Shown here in pieces: positions 62,019 to 64,000 of a stretch of DNA of 64,000 bases. The DNA comes from Podarcis bocagei. Lineage: Eukaryota. Location of the stretch: assembly GCA_964188305.1 (NCBI GenBank), contig OZ076896.1; one strand, written 5' to 3'. A program made the translations under genes and the position numbers. The notes under the pieces are model-generated. The model saw nothing but the letters and a program-made list of their open reading frames with translations. It made no database searches and was not told the origin of the DNA. The stretch's first letter is position 1. Each line of letters starts with the position of its first letter.

Positions 62019-64000
62019 TATGCAAATAGATCTGAAATGAGGGTGGGAACTAAAGCAATACATATATTTCAAAGCTGGGTGTTATTTGTTCAGTTCCAAG
62101 AGTTACGGGACACTTTGAGGGGTTTCATCTAAAGTGAAAAAAGTTGCAGATTCCGCATGTCTCTTAGCTTTGAGACGAAGCTGTGGACTCACATCTATTT
62201 ACTCTGTGTTCCCACAGCTGGCTTGGGAAGCTTTGTGGACATGACATTAGCCACAATCCATATCATGTGTCTGTCTAATGGTTTCATATGAAACACTTCC
62301 CCTTAAACCAGCTTTGATGCAAAGTGAGAAAAAAAGAACTATCCAGCTGTATTTTAAGCAAGTAATATGTGCACAGCCTAAAGCTCTATACCTCTCACCA
62401 GAAAATCTGCTCAGGAAGAGAAGGTGGGCAGGAAGGACTCTCTCAGAGGTATGAGCTAGTATATACGCATTTATATTTTGAATTAGAATTCATTTCTTCA
62501 TGCTTCTCACATAGCTTTAGAACCCGTATTATATTACTTAATCTAGTAATAATAAAAGGGAATGTTTATTCTTGTGCAGGGGGAAGAATGCTGATTCATA
62601 GTTGGTTGGTCAAATGATACTTGTATCATTAGAAAACAGAGTGGTGTTAAGAAACTTTTCCCTTCTGCTGGAGCCAAAGCACCTGCTCATTTGAAAGGAA
62701 TAAACTAAACTACCAGACGTAACTGATTGTGTGAATCCTTTGTTTCTCTGCCCTTGTGGTTAATGCTCAGCATAATGTCAATGGACCTTGCATTCTTTAC
62801 TCCGTCCTGGTTTACCCCACCTTAGCATCCACAAAACAAAATGGGGAAAAATATTAAATAGGTATGATGCCAGTTGCTAAATGGCATTTATGGATAATAA
62901 TGGATTTAGAGAACAATTTCCATATGAGGTTTTCACCACTACCAATCTCTTTCATTGACTTGAGAGAATGGAAAATAGATATAATAGTTACTTTTGCAAG
63001 CTAGGAACTCTCTTACAGCATGTGCACATAATATATAGTTTTTAATAATAACCTCTGCCATATAGCATAGACTGGGTTTGGAGCGAAGACAACCAGATGA
63101 AACTTGGCTTTGGCTGGAGCAGAATCAGCCAATTTCAAGGCAGATTAGTGTCAGTACAGTGTAACTGGCTAAGGGGGGGAAATGAATATTTAAGGAGAAG
63201 TTGAAGAGATCAAGAACAGGGAGATCTGCATGAGGTCACTTTTATACTGGACACAAAATATTTTATTTGGCTACTAACTTTTCTGATTCTTCCATAATTC
63301 TAAGCATCTTCATGTGCTGAAGATCTATCTTATTTGTTTTGATTTCTGACAGCATAGATGTGATCTGTGGCTTTTCTGACCTAGAGTCTTCTCAGATGAT
63401 TATTTCAATTTGCTTGTCTACTTTGTAGCTAAGACTTTTTTTTAAAGAAGTAAGAGGTGGAGGGCCATTGTGTGTTGTTTCCCTTCATTTTGCTCAAATA
63501 TGTAAAATTGCCTAGTCCTCCGAATTTGTTTGGTTTTGATTAACGTCTTATTTGTTCAGTGGCTTGCCTGTTGGTGTTTGCCATCACACAGCTGGCTGCT
63601 CTTAACTTTAGACTATCTTGGATCTGACCCATCTTTTCCTTTGTCACAGATTTGACAAAGCCGGCAAGTCTCAAAAGAAACCAACTGGTTAATTCCTGTG
63701 AAGGACAGCTCCCACTGCTGTCACCCAACTGTAGATGTTGGTATCTTCATATACCACCAAACCTTCTGAAATGTGCAAGGGTGCCTACAAGATTTTCTAG
63801 ACCTGGTGTGCTGCACGACTCAGACTTTACGATTTGGCTAAAACCACTGAAAGGTGATAGCAGGCTTTTTTCCTCCCCAGGCGGTTTATTAGAACGGTGC
63901 CTACATTTTTATTTTTTTGTATTATGACGTATTATGACTCTCGTTCTACAACAGCAAATGATGAAAGTTATTACTTCTTGTATCCACTGATGACAATGCA

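Larger units (their letters stand above)
5391..64000 (+). other. EFNA5: EFNA5 intron 1 (continues beyond the window)
   Basis: Donor GTAAGG at 5391. No ORF in the track resembles exon 2 (expected to start ...FQRGDYHI...). EFNA5 intron 1 is known to be very large in amniotes. Confidence 0.85.

Overview
Vertebrate genomic DNA. The repeat content (RTE-BovB, tRNA-head SINEs with CR1 tails, L2 with (AAT)n tails, squamate-type L1) points to a squamate, probably a lacertid lizard; this is inferred from recalled repeat families, not a search. The window holds the 5' end of ephrin-A5 (EFNA5) on the + strand: a CpG-island promoter (~2.4-5.6 kb), a probable long AUG-poor 5' leader, and coding exon 1 (5266-5390; signal peptide plus start of the ephrin domain, MLHVEMLTLLFLVLWMCVFCQDPSSKTVADRYAVYWNSTNP-R). 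The remaining ~58.6 kb is the first intron; I did not find exon 2. The intron carries many truncated LINEs, SINEs and hAT/Tc1-mariner/short palindromic MITEs, several with readable target-site duplications (TSDs), plus microsatellites, one 143-N assembly gap and a few CpG-retaining, motif-rich patches that look like enhancers. Apart from exon 1 and LINE remnants, the listed ORFs appear spurious. I cannot show a new biological system from sequence alone. The best leads are a bHLH-PAS (XRE/TCGTG) motif cluster at ~51.1-51.5 kb, a candidate recursive splice site at 57067/57068, and the AUG-depleted leader with uORFs.
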